Assembly (NCBI GenBank): GCA_951406725.2
Contig: OX597829.1
Coordinates: 14,446,001 to 14,510,000, forward strand
DNA: 64,000 nucleotides
Reading direction: 5' to 3'
From: Octopus vulgaris
Taxonomy: Eukaryota
Shown here: positions 58,630 to 64,000 of the stretch, in pieces
How the letters are laid out: the number at the start of each line of letters is the position of its first letter
Numbering within the stretch: position 1 is the stretch's first letter
The notes under the pieces: generated by a model
Told to the model about the DNA's origin: nothing
The model's database searches: none
Seen by the model: the letters and a program-made list of their open reading frames with translations, nothing else
Program-made: the position numbers and the translations under genes

Positions 58630-58888
58630 TGTATGTATGTGTGGGTGTTTGTTTGTGTGTTTGTCCACCCACTATCACTTGTCAATCGATGCTAGTGTGT
58701 TTACGTCCCCGCAACCTAGCGGTTCGGCAAAAGCGACCGATAGAATACGTACTACGCTTACAAAGAAAAAATCCTGGGTTTGATTTGCTCGACTAAAGAC
58801 GGTGCTCCAGCATGGCCGCAGTCAAATGACTGAAACAAATAAAAGAATATATATATTTTATATACTATATATATTATATATGTATATT

Positions 58889-58933
<45 letters not shown>

Positions 58934-59152
58934 AAATGAGGGTGAAAAATTGGATATGAATTTGATTAACATCAATTGAAAACCATTGGACTAGCGTATT
59001 AAAATCTGAAGGTTCAGAAAATTGTATTACATACATATGAGAGGGATGACCACCAGATGGATAACCTTTATGCTGTCTCCTACTACTATATCCTCGGGCT
59101 GACCAAAGCCTTTTGACTGGATTTGATTGATGGAACGTAAAAGAGGCCCGCC

Positions 59153-59202
<50 letters not shown>

Positions 59203-59612
59203 GTGTGTGTATATGTGTGTGTGTTTGTGTGAGTATATATATATATATATATATGTTTGTTTGTCTAATGTTCGCCCCATCATCGCTTGGCAATCGATGT
59301 TGGTTTGTTTACTTCCCCATAACGTAGCGGCTCGTCAATCTAGACCGATAGAATAAATAGTAGGCTGACAAAGAATAAATCCTGGAGTCGATTTGTTCGA
59401 CTAAAGGCATGACTGCAGTCAAATAACTGAAACAAATGAAAGAAGAAATATATTTTATTGGCGTGGCTGTGTGGTAAATAGCTTGTTTACCAACTACATG
59501 TTTCCGGGTTCAGTCCCCGGCCTGGCACCTTGGATAAGGGTTTTCTACTATAGTCTCAGGCCGAATAACGCCTTTTGAGTGGATTTGGTAGACGAAACTG
59601 AAAGAAGCCCGA
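58630..59612 (+). mobile_element. Three SINE A pieces (58630-58846, 59075-59445, 59460-59612)
   Basis: Consensus matches. Confidence 0.8.
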
Positions 59613-59681
59613 CGTGGTGACAATGCGCTTCGCATTGTTTTAGCCTTCAAATGACGCCAACCCGCTGGGTAAGCGAGCAGG

Positions 59682-59744
<63 letters not shown>

Positions 59745-59747
<3 letters not shown>

Positions 59748-60146
59748 TGAGAAATTTGGTGTGTGAAAGCACGTGATTGAATATATAGAAAGTAGTAAAA
59801 AGTGAAAAAACTACAGAAGGCTTGTTTTAGAAGGTCAAAAAATATATATTTGAGTCATTATGTCAGAAGAATGTTATAAATTTTTTTCATACAATGACAT
59901 AGTTTTTGAAGAAAGACCGGTTTCGCGTTCAGCTTTTCAAATTTCTTACATTGTTATGTTTACGTTGAGAAGTGTGAAGGAGAGTGAAAGAGAGTTCCAG
60001 ATAAGGGGAGGTAATAAGTGATTTCTTCCGGTGTAAGGGAGATAATCGCTTAATATTTCTTGCCATTCTTTGTATAAGAATGTTGGAATGGTTAAGTTTG
60101 GGCTTGTATTTTTCAATGAAGAATGTTTCCTTGTTTAGTCTAATTT
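59745..60146 (-). mobile_element. PLE 3' end (GIY-YIG C-terminus plus terminal region with hammerhead motif)
   Basis: IRLNKETFFIEKYKPKLNHS (E..FI...P.LN). 59909-59947 (-): aagaaa-t-TTGAAAA-gc-tgaac-gc-GAAAC-CG-GTC-tttctt. Confidence 0.6.
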
Positions 60147-60493
60147 ATATATATATACCAATTACATATACACATCGCTGCACAGGCATAAATATATTTT
60201 TCACATATACACATAGGTGAATATTGCTCGTTTATGCAAACACACACACACACATACACACACTCACTCACACACACGCACACATTTATATATGTCTGAC
60301 ATTCATACACTAAAATTTCGCACAGTCATACCTCACACACGCATACAGAAGCATGCACACATCATCCATATATACACACAGATACACCTCGCACACACAT
60401 ATAAATGTCCATACATCACCATCATAATGCATAGATATGTTTTGTACATAAATATACACGCATATATATATATATGTATATATGTATATATAT

Positions 60494-60553
<60 letters not shown>

Positions 60554-60559
60554 TATACG

Positions 60560-62600
60560 TGCTCACTAACGTGTTTGATGTTCTGATCAAGATATACAGA
60601 ACTGGACGGGGATATAACTGCTATGGTCAAATAATCAACAGTCTCTTGTATATGGATGATCTCAAGCTGTATGCTGCAAATGATGAACATTTGGAAACAT
60701 TACTGCTAACAGTGCATGGAAGTTCCAAAGAAATAAATATGAAATTAAGCCGAGAAAAATGTGCCAAAGCAACCCTGAAAAGAGACAAATTAATTAAGAA
60801 TAACAATATCACACCAGATTAAAAAAAAAGAAGAATGAAATAAGAGAACTAAACAAAATTCAGACATACAAGTACTTAGGAATCAATGAACTAGATACGG
60901 TACAGCACAAACAAATGAAAGAAAAGTTAAGGAAGGAATATCATAGGCGAACTAGATTAATACTTAAAAAAGCAGAGCTCAGTTTGAAAATAAGGTAATA
61001 TACATCAATACACTAATCGTCCCAGTTATACGTTATAGTTGAAATATTCTTAAATGGACAATTAATGAGCAAGCCAAGGTAGACAGAAAAAAAGAAAAAA
61101 AATTATGGCGGAATTTAGAATACACCACCAAAAACTTAGAGCGGTTATATATACAGCGAATTGAAAATGGTAGAGTCCCTGCACAACTGGACTATATGTT
61201 ACATATATATTATATCATACCTTGATAAAGTGTGGACTAAGATTACCGTTGACAGGCCGCTGGTATTTCTAGTGTTAAACACTTTCGATATGCAAATTAG
61301 GAACTCCTTCATAGAGTAACTGCTGCATTTGTTGAGTATATAAACAGTTTGTCCACTTGTTTCTCTGGAGACTGCCAGAATGTTGTAGACGCCTCTGATG
61401 AGATGCCTATAAGGTTTGAAAATCAATTAAGGTTGTTCATCGTTTTTTTTTTTCAGGCTGTGGAGAAATGGCTAAAATTTGCACTGTTTATAATTATACC
61501 ACATGTTGCATATAAAATATCCACCACAAAGCTATTTTCTGTCATGAAGGAAAGGAAAAGAATAAACAGCAAAAACTGTAAAGCAAATAAATTAAAACTG
61601 GAACTACAAAATATGATATAACGATGGCAAGAAAAGCTCTTATATGGTAAATACTGGGATAAACTAAATAGAAAAGAAATAGACAACGGTGAGAAATTTG
61701 GGTCTCAAAGCGGAGACTAAAAGAGTTTTAGCTGTAGCACAAGATCAAAGACTCACCATCAGAAACCACCAAAGCACATAATAAAGAAAAATGCAATAAG
61801 TAATTGGAGATTATGTTGTGATGGGGGGAAAAAAACTAGTAATTTTGCCTCTGGCTGCCCAGATCTTGCTAAGAAGGAATATATTAGCAAGCATTACTGA
61901 GTTGGGACCTATATACACTGGAAGCTATGCTGGCACTATGGAATAACAACAGAAAAAAAAGATGGTATAGGTATATCTCAGAAGTGAACTCTGAAAACTC
62001 AGTCATACAGGTATTCATCGTCGTAACCGACGGAGTGACAGTATGAACAGAGTTGAGACTTATATACACTGGAAGCTGTGCCAGCACTGCGGAATGACGA
62101 CAGAAGAAATATGGTATAGGCACATCTCAGAAAAAATCTAAGAAAATTACAAAGCAACCGTACTCTAGGACATGCACCTCATACACACAGAGAGATCAAG
62201 TTCCTTCTTCGCGATTGTGTTCCTTCGCGAGCCATGCCTGGCTCATAAGGGCCGGTTTCCCGGTTTCCTTGGCGTATAGGTTCCCCACCTGGACGGGACG
62301 TCGGTCCGTCGCAGGTGAGCTGCAAGATGCAGAAGGAAAGAGTGAGAGAAAGTTGTGGCGAAAGAGTCAGCAGAAGTTCGCCATCACCTTCTGCCGGAGC
62401 CGCGTGGAACTTTCGCTCATAAACACACACGTCGCCCGGTCTGAGATTCGGACCCGCGATCCCTCGACCGCGAGTCCGTTGCTCTAACCACTAGGCCATG
62501 TGCCTCCACAGAGAGATCAAGGCACATGGGCCAGATATTGTTGTCAGGGGCTTCCAAGAATGATAAATGCCTTCTAAGCAAAATATTAGATCCAACGGGT
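60560..62600 (+). mobile_element. R4/Dong-like non-LTR retrotransposon remnant (RT, zinc knuckle, RLE)
   Basis: LLYMDDLKLYA, EKCA, YKYLGI, HHQK..RLYIQR, AQDQ, RLC..SGCPDLAKKEY, IHWKLC, GPDIVV. Confidence 0.85.
62201..62506 (-). mobile_element. SINE family C2 (tRNA head, V-SINE-like 3' domain) with 15-bp TSD
   Basis: cacagagagatcaag at 62186-62200 and 62507-62521; A box TGGCCTAGTGG; ctgcgacggaccgacgtcccgtccagg..gaaaccggg; CpG-rich, so probably young. Confidence 0.9.
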
Positions 62601-63100
62601 GATAATATATCCATAAACAAATTGGAGAATCTAACGTAATAATAAGATCTGTATTAGGAGATAAACCCGAAAGTGAAACGTGAAGAAAGTAGTAATCCCT
62701 ATAATATTAAGTGCTTTGCGTATTGGTAAAGGAGCATACATACAAATACATAAGCAAAAACACCCGGACTTACGAATAAATATAACATACAGAAAATAGT
62801 ACTGTTCGGCATCATATACGTTCTACGGAAAGCATTTTGAATAGAGTAAAAATACAAAAACACTACATAACAAAGACAAACCAGCACAAACCACAACACG
62901 TTCCAAAGGCATAAAGAAGTGTGCTCGGTAGTACAGTGAAAGCACGCAGTAAAAATGAGACTGGTGAAAAAATAGTGAAGATAATGTATATACATATATG
63001 AATGAGTGCTTGCATTCATGCATGCATGCAAATATACATAAGCACACACATACATACGCAGTCATACATACACACATGCATACATACATGTGCAGATACT

Positions 63101-63146
<46 letters not shown>

Positions 63147-63147
63147 C

Positions 63148-63195
<48 letters not shown>

Positions 63196-63480
63196 GTATG
63201 TACGTATATACGTCACATGCAAACACAAATCTATGTAGATACATATATATGTACACACATACATACATGCATATTTATGCATTTGAGTATCTACATAAAA
63301 TATATATGCTCGCAAAACATACATATATATATATATATACTCCACACATATATGTTTATAAATACAGTATTGAGAGTGCATTGTATATATACATTTGTCA
63401 GTGTGTACAGCCACCTCTAACTGCACATAAGTGAATAGGATGATTGCGCATGTATACATCCACACACACACACATACACA

Positions 63481-63620
63481 CTCGTTATTTTATTAATAAC
63501 TGTAGAAGTTACACAGCGACTCAAGGGCCGATAATTTCGTGCGTTGGCACTTATCAAACGCTTTAAACTCTCGGCCCTTGAGTCATTCTGTAACTTCTGC
63601 CGATTATTAATAAAAGAGAA
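63481..63620. repeat. Small hairpin/MITE-like element
   Basis: 63491-63533 is reverse-complementary to 63569-63612; related copy at ~9505-9578. Confidence 0.7.
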
Positions 63621-64000
63621 GGGAAACGTGTGTGCGTGTGTATGTGCACATACATACATACATACATACATATATATGTTTGTGTGTATGTATAAACTTA
63701 TCTACATACAGTATACCGTTCCTGTTGGCATCACCAAATGCATGCATACATATATACACACAAATATATATATGCACGTGTTATACTCTCAAACATTTAT
63801 ACACTAAGCTAACACCAAAAACCAAGTGTTTTCTATTAATACTAGCCTTTCTAGACACGTGATATATCACACATGCGCACTCTCCTACAAGGTCTTACGC
63901 ATTTACAGACAATTAAACACACGTACCTCTCTTTATCTCCCCATCATCTCACACATATACATCTTGGCCTAATAGAATTATACAAACATCGTAAGAGATA

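Overview
Very AT-rich eukaryotic DNA, saturated with microsatellites. The repeat landscape suggests an Octopus (coleoid cephalopod) genome, but this is an inference. Almost all ORF-track hits are (TA)n/(CA)n/(TATG)n artefacts. The only convincing host-gene signal is one 78-bp candidate internal exon (55871-55948, +), so the window is probably intronic. The rest is nested mobile DNA: (1) three tRNA-headed SINE families; (2) CR1/L2-like, Tx1/L1-like and R4/Dong-like LINE fragments; (3) a decayed full-length hAT transposon (27282-31167); (4) two maT/mariner remnants; (5) Penelope-like (PLE) fragments. The most striking unannotated signal is a swarm of short elements, many embedded in (TA)n and often palindromic, that carry minimal type-I hammerhead-ribozyme folds (stem I-CUGANGA-stem II-GAAAC-palindromic stem III-GUH). 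They fall into several sequence families with family-specific core variants (CCGAUGA, CUGUWGA, U3-A8). Two SINE/LINE 3'-tail partnerships and microsatellite-targeted LINE insertion are also visible. Coordinates of degenerate repeats are approximate, and no database search was run.
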